In this document: in pieces, positions 1-8,492 of the stretch | How the letters are laid out: each line of letters starts with the position of its first letter | Position numbering within the stretch: position 1 is the first letter of the stretch | Assembly: GCA_038888155.1 (NCBI GenBank) | Contig: JAWAJB010000011.1 | Coordinates: forward strand, 1 to 21,961 | DNA: 21,961 nt | Source of the DNA: Desulfurococcaceae archaeon | GTDB lineage: Archaea; Thermoproteota; Thermoprotei_A; Sulfolobales; Desulfurococcaceae | Reading direction: 5' to 3' | The notes under the pieces: model-generated | The model's input: the letters and a program-made list of their open reading frames with translations, nothing else | What the model was told of the DNA's origin: nothing | Database searches by the model: none | Position numbers and translations under genes: made by a program

Positions 1-126
1 AACAAGTTATTCATTAAGATAAAAGCATCGCGAACCACTATACAATTAATTGATTTTAGTCTTTTTAGTTTTAAACTCCGATTGAAAACAAAGAACACAT
101 GACGAGCTGTACACGACCGATTTTCT

Positions 127-471
127 TTTTCAACTCATTCTTTATTGATACTTGTTAACTAGGTCTTCAAGGCTACTCTCAGGGCCCTCATCTTTCAATT
201 CATTCTTTATTGATACTTATCCCTGCTTCGCTAGTGATGGTGGCTTCAGCGTTACTTTCAATTCATTCTTTATTAATACAAAAGGGCGGTGCAGAGTTTC
301 ATTGACTTGATGTATGATGCTTTCAATTCATTCTTTATTGATACGCTAACTTCTTCTACAGCTTTGTCAATATCAAACCTCAAGCCTTTCAATTCATTCT
401 TTATTGATACGCTTTAACCTTTACCCATTCTCCCTTATTCAGATAACTTTCAATTCATTCTTTATTGATAC
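127..471 (-). CRISPR. CRISPR array 1: 6 repeats, 5 spacers (36-41 nt); repeat CTTTCAATTCATTCTTTATTGATAC on plus, GTATCAATAAAGAATGAATTGAAAG on minus
   Basis: Repeats start at 127 (degenerate, TTTTCAACTC...), 192, 255 (one G>A change), 320, 386 and 447. Orientation is minus because the degenerate copy is at the left, the conserved leader is at the right, and the minus-strand repeat ends in the canonical ATTGAAAG tag. Confidence 0.97.
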
Positions 472-593
472 CGAGGTCTCATGGGAGCCTTCCTCGGCCC
501 CTCCTCTATTTTTTCTCCTCCCCTGCGTATTTAACTGTTGCGCTATTGAGGAGTGGCTCGATGGTCCTGGGCCGCCCAACAGCCACTCCTCAA
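472..593 (-). promoter_or_regulatory. CRISPR leader 1 with TATA-like box (minus TTAAATA, 528-534) and a 13-bp inverted repeat (546-558 / 581-593)
   Basis: Homologous to the sequences right of arrays 2 and 3 (CGAGGTCTCATGGGA...CTGCGTATTTAACTGTTGCGCTATTGAGGAGTG...CACTCCTCAAA). Confidence 0.88.
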
Positions 594-761
594 ACTGTAT
601 AACATATTTTCGTTATCCACACATTGGTTTTTGTGGTTTTGATATGTATGCTGTTTCGACTTTTATCATTGCATGTATATTCAAGCATAAAGATATATAC
701 GATATATACAATGATTTATCGTTATGATAGTAAAGTCACCCAAAAAGTGAGGATGCCTAGT

Positions 762-1580
762 ATGGCGAGGATTCTCCACATTGAGACTACGGGTACAAGT
801 TTGCTCAGAAATGCCGCTGCTTTGTGCGAAAACTATAATAGCCTAGCCAAGCACTGCGCTAAACTTGATTTGTGGGCGAAAGCAGATGTAGATTCCACAG
901 AAGATATTGAGGCTGGCAACAACGCCGTGCCAGGCTCGCTTATCTTTAAGGGCTTGCTTGAGGCTCTGTCAAGCGACCCAAGAAGGCTTAGCGCAGAGAT
1001 GAACGCCTTTTTATCTTTTCTTGATACCTTGAAGGGGCCGCACGAGCATATGGTTTTTTTACTCAGCAGCGATACCGGATCTGGGTGGCTATGTAGCAAG
1101 GTTATTGAGGATTTCCTAAGAAGCATGGAAAGGATTCCGAGCACGTATGTTAATGGGGAGCACGTAATAAAAATGGTGGAGATACGCAGAGTGCCCATGC
1201 TGGGCAGAGACTTTAGTAAGGGCACACTAAACCTAGTTGCAGAGACAAAGAAAATCATAACTAGATTCGGGCCACAGGTAGATGAAATTGCTTTTAATCT
1301 TACAGGCGGTTATAAACCTGAGACCGGCTTCCTCCTATTAACAGCCGGCTTGCTTGGAGCTAACAGGGCATACTACATCCACGAGACTATGAGGCGTGTG
1401 GTCGAGGTACCTATCCTCCCACTATCAATAAATGAGCCTGTAGCCACTGTTCTCAAAAATATAGCTAGCGGAAAATACGATGAGACAGGCTATAGAATAC
1501 TCAGAGAGTACAGAATACTAAGACCGTGGGAGAAAGAGCCCCACTGGCTAAGAGAGCTCGCCAATGTTCTGCTAGAATAA
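762..1580 (+). CDS. crn1: CRISPR-associated CARF protein of the APE2256/SSO1393 family, probable cA4 ring nuclease (Crn1-like), about 272 aa
   Basis: Family motifs TTGTSLLRN, SAEMN, LLSSDT.SG, FNLTGGYKPE and YYIHE...VEVP; adjacent to csx1 and cas10. Start moved from the track's 624 to ATG 762 (GTGAGG RBS at 747-752; ATG 753 is an alternative). Ring-nuclease activity is inferred from the family. Confidence 0.78.
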   Translation: MARILHIETTGTSLLRNAAALCENYNSLAKHCAKLDLWAKADVDSTEDIEAGNNAVPGSLIFKGLLEALSSDPRRLSAEMNAFLSFLDTLKGPHEHMVFLLSSDTGSGWLCSKVIEDFLRSMERIPSTYVNGEHVIKMVEIRRVPMLGRDFSKGTLNLVAETKKIITRFGPQVDEIAFNLTGGYKPETGFLLLTAGLLGANRAYYIHETMRRVVEVPILPLSINEPVATVLKNIASGKYDETGYRILREYRILRPWEKEPHWLRELANVLLE

Positions 1581-1584
1581 CTTT

Positions 1585-3066
1585 TCAATCTATTTTTAAT
1601 TTACTAACTATATCGCTGAGGCTTAATCTATATTTAAAAGTAATTTTTAGTTCCTCATCACCAATATATACCTCAACAATGTTATCCTGAAATCCCACGT
1701 GCGCTATCATTATTCTTTCATTAATAATCGGTTTATCCTTATTCTTACATGAATCCACATTAAGTTTTTCCTTAATTTCGCACAGCAACATCCATTTTCC
1801 CTTCATTTTTTCGTAGTCATTCCTCGCTTTTTCTTTGAACTCACCCAAAAATTTTTCAATTAAGCTTAATTCGTTGTTAATCAGCTTTGGTAACCCCCTA
1901 TAGACGTATTCATAGACTCTTGTTAGGTCTTCGTATTTTAATTGCTTGATGGTAGGTGCACCATCAGGTTTATCACTTAAACGGTTGCATACAGCTCGGC
2001 TTAGCTGAAGGAGGTATATGAAGTCGGGGTTAATCGCAAGTGGCCATTTAACCTTTGTTCTCGCTTCTCCTGCGTCTTCTATTTTGGCAATCTTTCTGAT
2101 TTCGGCTTTTATTTTGCTGTAAGCTTCATCTATTCTCTGACAACTAGCTTTGTTTGTAGCTAGATATAGTCCGAGGGGAATGGGATAGTATATGGATAAA
2201 TAAATGTTGTATAGGTCTACGAGAGCCATGTCAGCATACTTCTCAATCTCTTTCTTAATTTCTATGAAATCCGATACTTTAGTCTTTACTTGCGCCAATG
2301 GCTCAGCCACTCTCGGCTTTTCGTGTATTAGCTCAATGTTTCTTTTTTTAATGGATATTGCTTTATTCAATAATAATGGCCTATCTGTAGATGACCGTGG
2401 AGGGTCACTATTATAGACTTCAATGTCTACACTATTTATGTGCTTATGGGCAAGTAAGTTTATGCTTGCAAGCCTCGAAGCAACGTACATGATTGTTGAA
2501 GGCATAAAGTTTAAACCGTGACTCAAATCCAGGACTATTTTAGAGTAACAATTCCTCAGAAGCAGGTCTCCGATCTCGCTCATAACAATTGATTGAAAGT
2601 TTCTAATATCTCCTCTGAATTCCCAGTTTCCTCCTGGCGATCCCACTGCTGGTGCTACCACTACTTTTGTATTTCCAATGGTCTCCGCATTTATTTCGTT
2701 GGTCAAGCCATATTTTTCTACTAAACATGTAAAGAACTTTTTTACGAACTCCTCGAGCTTGAGCACAAGGTCCAAGTAACTATTGGATGATTTTGCTTCT
2801 TTTATATAGTAGTATAACTCATTATAGCATTTGCAACAAGCGGTTTCTTTTTGCAATACTTGTCCATCAGCAAGGCTGTCGAGAACTATAATTACTATAT
2901 CGGTATTTCTCCCCAGGGAGAGCAGAAGGGGTATCAGTGATGTGCAGTACTTTCTGCCCGAAGACCCTCCTTCACCCATAACGTACTCAAATTCATCCCA
3001 AACATTTGGCATGCCCCACGTGGCTATTAGGAGAGTCCTTCCTGTATCCCAACAACTCAACACCAC
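1585..3066 (-). CDS. csx1: Csx1 CARF-HEPN cOA-activated ribonuclease (MJ1666-like), 493 aa
   Basis: N-terminal LIATWGMP.W...Y, VLDSL and VAPAVG; DxTHG-type motif DLSHGLNFM; VYNSDP; C-terminal HEPN R-X4-H (RIMIAHVG); directly downstream of cas10. Confidence 0.92.
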   Translation of the reverse strand: MVLSCWDTGRTLLIATWGMPNVWDEFEYVMGEGGSSGRKYCTSLIPLLLSLGRNTDIVIIVLDSLADGQVLQKETACCKCYNELYYYIKEAKSSNSYLDLVLKLEEFVKKFFTCLVEKYGLTNEINAETIGNTKVVVAPAVGSPGGNWEFRGDIRNFQSIVMSEIGDLLLRNCYSKIVLDLSHGLNFMPSTIMYVASRLASINLLAHKHINSVDIEVYNSDPPRSSTDRPLLLNKAISIKKRNIELIHEKPRVAEPLAQVKTKVSDFIEIKKEIEKYADMALVDLYNIYLSIYYPIPLGLYLATNKASCQRIDEAYSKIKAEIRKIAKIEDAGEARTKVKWPLAINPDFIYLLQLSRAVCNRLSDKPDGAPTIKQLKYEDLTRVYEYVYRGLPKLINNELSLIEKFLGEFKEKARNDYEKMKGKWMLLCEIKEKLNVDSCKNKDKPIINERIMIAHVGFQDNIVEVYIGDEELKITFKYRLSLSDIVSKLKID

Positions 3067-3075
3067 ATCCCTGTG

Positions 3076-6000
3076 TTAACTTGTTGTGGCTAGTCTTGTG
3101 GCTAGCAGTATATGGTCAAGAGTAGTCTTCGATGCTAATAATGCCCTGAGGGCATCGTGGAGCTTTTCTCTTGACCCTACGATATCATCAGGGTAAACAA
3201 GCAGTTTTATTGTACATTCATTGTTAATTGCATTGATTTTTTGAAACACATCGTTTAATTCAATCAGATTTTTATATCTGCGTGCCCATACATACGCGTA
3301 CTCGATCTCTATTGGAAGCATCTCTATCATTATTTTTTCCAGGTCCACGTGGTCTTTTTCCGCCTCTGCCCTCTGCACTATTTGGGCTAACTTGGCACCG
3401 ATCATGGATAAAATATACAGATCGCGTCTGTACATAAGTAACTTTTCTATCTGCTCCGCTGCTTCTCTGGTAAGTAAGCCTTTGTTGTATAGGTAGATTT
3501 GCTCGAGCATCCTTGCCAAGCACTCAAGGTTCCAGCAAGTAGTTATATCGGCTGGCCATGGATAATGCCTTGACGGTTTCTCGAGAGGCACTAAATCGAT
3601 TAGCTTGTACAGCTTTTTCCCATCAACTTTCACTGGTATCAATGTGGGGCTTGACAGTTTGAGAGCGGCGCTCGCCTTCACTTTTTTCGCTTGCCTGAGC
3701 AAATCAACGACATCTTCGTAGAGCAGAATTATAGGTAAATCGCTCTTATCTATTGTTATCCCAACGCTAAATGTGAGATGTGGGAGCACTGACCGCACGT
3801 CCTTATATACGCTCATGATATACGATATAACGGGTATCCAATCCCCATAGAAGACGGCGTCATCCCCTCCAGCGTAAAGGGCAATTACATCCTCAAACAG
3901 CTCGTGTTTTTCAAAAATCTTCAGGTAGGATTTAGCAACGATCGTTAAATTAATGAGCTCTGATATAGTCACGAGTCTTGAGGGGGAATAGCTCGCTAGA
4001 CGCTTGACATCACCTAATTTATCGCAATCCATTTTGCCGATGACTATGAGGTCATACTCATCGAGGCTCTTTAAGCGGAATTCTCCAGAATCGCTTGTCT
4101 TGCTTATAGAGTGATGCGAGTTAAAGGGGAACGATGAGAAAGATACGTCGATCCCTAATGAAAGCAGTTTCTCTACGGTCTGTCTCAAATCATCAAGTAT
4201 CTCCGAGTGTCTCGAAGGTATGAACTCAACGAAAGTATTGATGGTCTTGATGTCCATTCGGGCATAAATGTTTCTTGGTTTGCTAAATATTTCCCTGGAT
4301 TCTTTAATGATATCTGTTAATACCTTTAACATGATGCTTACTGCCGACCATACACTTTTAGAGTATTCAGGGGAAAGAGGGTTAAGCTGATCTGGTTGCT
4401 TTAAGGAAACCAGGGTGTAAAGCGCACCAGCATTGCTCAATGGAACGAAGCCTATGCTTATGCCATGCTGAATCGAGCACAGCAAAGCTCTCCGCGTAGC
4501 ATTCCCGCGGCATAAACTCTTAGTTACTGCGTTGGTTAGTGACTCAATAATATCGGTTGCAGGCGAGGGAAGGGCATCCTCGCCTTCCTCGTAGAAGTAT
4601 AGACCGATTACCGCTACCATGTTTCTAGCCAAGGAGCCCGCTACGAGGCTTAAGTGCGTTGCGCCGCTTATTATTTCTTCTTCCCTCAGGGTATCAGGGC
4701 CAGCCATTTCGCCTACATAGTCCATGTTTCCGGAATCCACTATCAAACCATTCTTCTCAATGTCTTCTTTAGAAACAGACTCATTAGTTAAGGCATCAAA
4801 ACCCACTATATCTCTGGCATCTATGTACAAGGGCTCCTTAGCTATTCTTGTCACCTTAGCTATTCCCAAGTTCAAGGCGAGCGAATCTAGTATATCATGG
4901 AAGCCTCCCTCCTCCCTTACCAACGATTTAATGAAGTCCGTTGAATCTACATCAAAGGCCTTGGAATAAGCTACCGTGAACCCTAATCTTCCATTAAACT
5001 CATGTTTACTCAGCTTATATGATACGCTTCTTAATTTTTCCACTCGTCTATTAAGGTCAGGCAAATCCGGGATAACGATATCTATGGATCCTCCTTCTAT
5101 TGTCAGTAAGTTGCTTCTAGGCATCCCGCCAAATAGATATAGGATGTATGATGCTAAGGCGTCCTGAGCAAGTTCTACTAGAAGGCTTCTTCCACGTAAA
5201 AGCCTGCTTGCGCCTCCTGCTCTCCTAGCTCTTGATATGAATTCTTGAATTTGGTTAACATCTAAGACTAGAAGCCTTAGCTTTCCTTCATTTGATACGA
5301 GAGATGATGCGTAGGCTGCTGAGAGCTTGCTGTGAGCATATAAGCTGATGTCTGGGGCAAGCGTTGAGTAAATGGCTGATGGAACCAATAAACATGTATA
5401 CTTAATTAATTCCTCAATTGTATCAATGAGTCCTATCTTTAGTCCATGTTCTTTTATGTTATACAGGTCTAGAACAATGTTTAGCTTATCGGCAAACTCC
5501 TTAACAACAAGACTGTAACTTGACAGCTCCACTGCATCCTCTATTTTTCTGGCTTTTAAGTTGACTAGATTTTCACTACTAATCGTGGAAACGGGAAGCC
5601 ATATGGAATCCTCAAAAATTCTTGCTTTCTCTACAAGCAGGTCTTTAATTGTTCTCTTCAGCTCTTCCTCATTACATGGATCGGCTATACATGACTCTAC
5701 CGCTAAGGCGTATTTCTTCAGAGCCACCTTAAAATTCTCAACTATGTCTTTTTCTGAGGTCTCTTCTGTGTCTGCAAGTCTCCCCGGTTCCGTAGTTTTA
5801 TCAATATTGGTTTTTAGCCCGACAGTTTCGAGATATCCGGAGAGAGCTAATATCCATGTAGGAGTTAAAAGCGGGGTGTTCTCTGGCTCGTATTCAATCT
5901 TTTTGTTTTCCATCGATATTAAGTTTTTCATTACGTCGTAAGCTTTCTTCGAGAACTCGAAGGGCTCTCCGAACCTACGTTCACTCGATGATAACCTATC

Positions 6001-6294
6001 GCTTTTTTTAACAACATCCTCAACGACGCTCTCAATTTTTTGAGGAATCTCTAGGCCTCTCTGCGATATCGCGTTTAATACCCACCTAGTTGTTTCATCG
6101 TGCCTTATCTCCAAAGCTTTAGCCATTAATGTGTTGATATCCATCTTTGTGAGCTCCGATAAAGCTCTTAAGGCTTCCTCAACGTCTTTACCTTTTTCTT
6201 TTCCGCTTGCTGCTCTGCGCAGAAACCTCTGTATAGGTTTACCGATATCGTGTAACAATCCGTAAAGTGAGGCTAGCGCGACTTCTCTACGCAT
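3076..6294 (-). CDS. cas10: Type III-A large subunit Cas10/Csm1 (HD nuclease plus palm cyclase), about 1072 aa
   Basis: HD domain LLHDIGK and SDRLSSSER; PDISLYAHSKL; palm1 DVNQIQEFI...LLRGRS; palm2 KMDCDKLG and YAGGDD. Preferred start is ATG 6294 with a GGTGGTG RBS upstream (the track starts at 6306). Confidence 0.96.
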   Translation of the reverse strand: MRREVALASLYGLLHDIGKPIQRFLRRAASGKEKGKDVEEALRALSELTKMDINTLMAKALEIRHDETTRWVLNAISQRGLEIPQKIESVVEDVVKKSDRLSSSERRFGEPFEFSKKAYDVMKNLISMENKKIEYEPENTPLLTPTWILALSGYLETVGLKTNIDKTTEPGRLADTEETSEKDIVENFKVALKKYALAVESCIADPCNEEELKRTIKDLLVEKARIFEDSIWLPVSTISSENLVNLKARKIEDAVELSSYSLVVKEFADKLNIVLDLYNIKEHGLKIGLIDTIEELIKYTCLLVPSAIYSTLAPDISLYAHSKLSAAYASSLVSNEGKLRLLVLDVNQIQEFISRARRAGGASRLLRGRSLLVELAQDALASYILYLFGGMPRSNLLTIEGGSIDIVIPDLPDLNRRVEKLRSVSYKLSKHEFNGRLGFTVAYSKAFDVDSTDFIKSLVREEGGFHDILDSLALNLGIAKVTRIAKEPLYIDARDIVGFDALTNESVSKEDIEKNGLIVDSGNMDYVGEMAGPDTLREEEIISGATHLSLVAGSLARNMVAVIGLYFYEEGEDALPSPATDIIESLTNAVTKSLCRGNATRRALLCSIQHGISIGFVPLSNAGALYTLVSLKQPDQLNPLSPEYSKSVWSAVSIMLKVLTDIIKESREIFSKPRNIYARMDIKTINTFVEFIPSRHSEILDDLRQTVEKLLSLGIDVSFSSFPFNSHHSISKTSDSGEFRLKSLDEYDLIVIGKMDCDKLGDVKRLASYSPSRLVTISELINLTIVAKSYLKIFEKHELFEDVIALYAGGDDAVFYGDWIPVISYIMSVYKDVRSVLPHLTFSVGITIDKSDLPIILLYEDVVDLLRQAKKVKASAALKLSSPTLIPVKVDGKKLYKLIDLVPLEKPSRHYPWPADITTCWNLECLARMLEQIYLYNKGLLTREAAEQIEKLLMYRRDLYILSMIGAKLAQIVQRAEAEKDHVDLEKIMIEMLPIEIEYAYVWARRYKNLIELNDVFQKINAINNECTIKLLVYPDDIVGSREKLHDALRALLASKTTLDHILLATRLATTS

Positions 6295-7427
6295 AGCTCG
6301 CACCACCCTAGACCCAATAAGTTATTCTGTGGGCCGACGAGTTTTATGGTAGAGTCATTCCACTTTCTATGAAGCCTTTTACTCATGGATTTCTTTAATT
6401 CCTCATACATTTGTGGATACTGTTTTTTTATGTATAAATCAATGGTTTTCGCTATATGCCCCGTCATAAAACCAATTCTAGAAATTACACAGTTCTGTTG
6501 GGAGGCTCCACAGTACTTTTCTTTGAAACTCTGAAGAACTCTTTTGTAACCACGTAATTCATTGATATCTTTTATCAGAGATAACTCATGGTCAACTAAG
6601 TCGCATCCGAAGGTTCTCAATGATGCTGTGAGGTCTATGCTCGCTAACTCATTTAGCTTATCGATAATGCCTAATAGGTCTTGTCTGCTTTTTTCCGGGG
6701 CCTCGAAGCTAGGTCTGGCTTTCACGATTTTAATCTCGTATCTCAGGTTCCCGCCGACAAGCACTATGCCCGCCATGCTCGACAATCTAGTTAATTTAGT
6801 TACTTCTCTTCGTTTAGACAAATTATACACTGTGAGCCATTCAAGCGAGTAACTCAACGATTCCTTGGCAAGAGGGTCCGATACATGTAGGTTCTGCAAC
6901 ATATCAACTTCCCCTTTCTGCTTTTCTAGTCGTTTTCGCTTGAAGAAGTACTGTTCCAAGGGTGTGCTAGCATTAATTAGTTTCTCCACTTTCAGACTAT
7001 CTATTGTTTTCTTGATCATCTCAGAAAAACGTTCACGCTTTATATCGTTAGACGTAAGCATGTAGTACATTAAGGCTGTTCTTATGTATCCCTTCAACGT
7101 GGACCCAGGAACAACATGCTCCTGTGGGAGCTTTACTCTTTTTCCCGCATCCAGCTCTCCAATATTGTTCATTGATGTTAGTTTGCATGGAAGAGCGTCT
7201 CTGTGCTTCATAAAAATTTCGTGTATTTTATGCTCCTCCGTGTTTGCTATCTCCAAAACCACTTGGCTGGGCAGATTCTCCATGTCTATCACACAAACGT
7301 CTTTTTGTCTTATTAAGACATCTCTCCCAACAACCCCCTCCGTGCCACCAAGAACAATTGTAGGCGTCAGTGGCTTGAGCGATGCTCTGTACTTCTTTAA
7401 GGTAAGATGAGCTAGACTATTATCCAT
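6273..7427 (-). CDS. csm5: Type III-A RAMP Csm5, 384 aa
   Basis: LKPLTPTIVLGG, VPGSTLKGYIRTAL, LHVSD, RIGFMTG..KT and C-terminal LGLGWCEL; position after csm4. Confidence 0.9.
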   Translation of the reverse strand: MDNSLAHLTLKKYRASLKPLTPTIVLGGTEGVVGRDVLIRQKDVCVIDMENLPSQVVLEIANTEEHKIHEIFMKHRDALPCKLTSMNNIGELDAGKRVKLPQEHVVPGSTLKGYIRTALMYYMLTSNDIKRERFSEMIKKTIDSLKVEKLINASTPLEQYFFKRKRLEKQKGEVDMLQNLHVSDPLAKESLSYSLEWLTVYNLSKRREVTKLTRLSSMAGIVLVGGNLRYEIKIVKARPSFEAPEKSRQDLLGIIDKLNELASIDLTASLRTFGCDLVDHELSLIKDINELRGYKRVLQSFKEKYCGASQQNCVISRIGFMTGHIAKTIDLYIKKQYPQMYEELKKSMSKRLHRKWNDSTIKLVGPQNNLLGLGWCELCVEKSR

Positions 7428-8490
7428 GAAGCGTCACCGGGTTGAATACAATGGCGGGCTCATAGTTCATTCCTTCTAGTCTTGGAAGAGTTATCACTAG
7501 GAACGGTCTGTTAGTGTGGCTTGAGAAGTAGGCGAGGCTGCCTACGTCTAGTAAACGTAGGAGGGGGAGCCAATAATTGTTGTATGGTCCCCCGCTTATC
7601 CCCTCCAAGATTCTCTGCGTGCCGTAGGTCAGCTCAGGATTTATGCCAGTGTACTGACCTGCGTAGGGCGGATAAGAGCCAAGGAGATAGGCGTATCCTT
7701 TTCTCCAGCTAGTATTGCTTCTCAATACTTCCTCGTCTCTCTCTGAGACTTTAATCTTCATTAACCTAAACCTACCGAAGCCCCTGCTTTTATACCCCCC
7801 GATACCTATGTCGCCGAAAACCTTGAGCATTTCTGTCGCATGCTCTAGTAGTGACTCGCTATGTGAGGCCAGGGCAACCCAGAAAGGGGATTTGGCCCTT
7901 ATCCCATCAACCCTATAGACGTCGGCCGCGCCTGTGACTCTATCTATTCTTGAGTTATTCATTACAATTCTTTCATAGTACCTCTCTTTCTTGATGCAAA
8001 CTTCTCTGCAGTCTGAATCATCGGCACACACTATATAGTTATCCATAATTGTCTTAAGCATGACGCTATCTATGGTTTCATGCGTTGTTCTCCCGCGGCA
8101 CTCGTATACAATGCTTCTTCCAAACAGTTTGCTGAGTAACGGTGAGCCTTGCTTGTTAACGCATTTCTCAACGAAGTTTAAGAGCGTCTTTATAGCCGGC
8201 AGGGTAAACCACTCGGGGAGAGCCTTTTTAGCGCCAGGGGCTATTGGCACTACGGGTCTGCGTACAAGAAGCTTGGCTGATTCTCCACAAACATGAATTG
8301 GTAAGAGGGCTGTGGCGCTTATCTCCCCTGTTATAATACTCTGAATTAACTCTTTATTCCCCGTCATAGATGACGCTTCAATCAATCCTCTGAGGATTGT
8401 TGTGTGGTCAATTATCTCCTCGCTTCTCGACCATCCAACGTGGTAGCCCAGGCTAAACTCTATCCCCGTGACCTTAATGCTCCAGGCCAT
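7420..8490 (-). CDS. csm4: Type III-A RAMP Csm4 (Cas5 group), 356 aa
   Basis: YHVG...IDHTTILRGL, ISATALLP, NSRIDRVTG and G-rich loop GIGGYKSRGFGRF; lies between csm3 and csm5. Confidence 0.88.
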   Translation of the reverse strand: MAWSIKVTGIEFSLGYHVGWSRSEEIIDHTTILRGLIEASSMTGNKELIQSIITGEISATALLPIHVCGESAKLLVRRPVVPIAPGAKKALPEWFTLPAIKTLLNFVEKCVNKQGSPLLSKLFGRSIVYECRGRTTHETIDSVMLKTIMDNYIVCADDSDCREVCIKKERYYERIVMNNSRIDRVTGAADVYRVDGIRAKSPFWVALASHSESLLEHATEMLKVFGDIGIGGYKSRGFGRFRLMKIKVSERDEEVLRSNTSWRKGYAYLLGSYPPYAGQYTGINPELTYGTQRILEGISGGPYNNYWLPLLRLLDVGSLAYFSSHTNRPFLVITLPRLEGMNYEPAIVFNPVTLHG

Positions 8491-8492
8491 AT

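Noticed and set aside
78-95. ATTGAAAAC in the array 1 trailer as a possible anti-repeat or tracr-like element
   Set aside because: Only about 7-8 nt match in AT-rich DNA, and class 1 systems with Cas6 need no tracrRNA.
692-709. Tandem GATATATAC x2 upstream of the crn1-like gene
   Set aside because: Short, low-complexity and seen once; could be part of a promoter but not supportable.
404-727. 107-aa ORF over the end of array 1 and leader 1
   Set aside because: Translation of repeat and leader sequence (FNSFFIDT); the same peptide pattern recurs at leader 3.
624-761. Hydrophobic N-terminal extension on the CARF protein, which could suggest a membrane-anchored effector
   Set aside because: AT-rich promoter-like DNA; the family's first strand (ILHIETTGTS) begins right after ATG 762, which has an RBS.
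1699-1716. Csx1 HEPN motif RIMIAH lacks the Asn common in RNxxAH
   Set aside because: The catalytic R-X4-H spacing is intact, so this is not evidence of inactivation.
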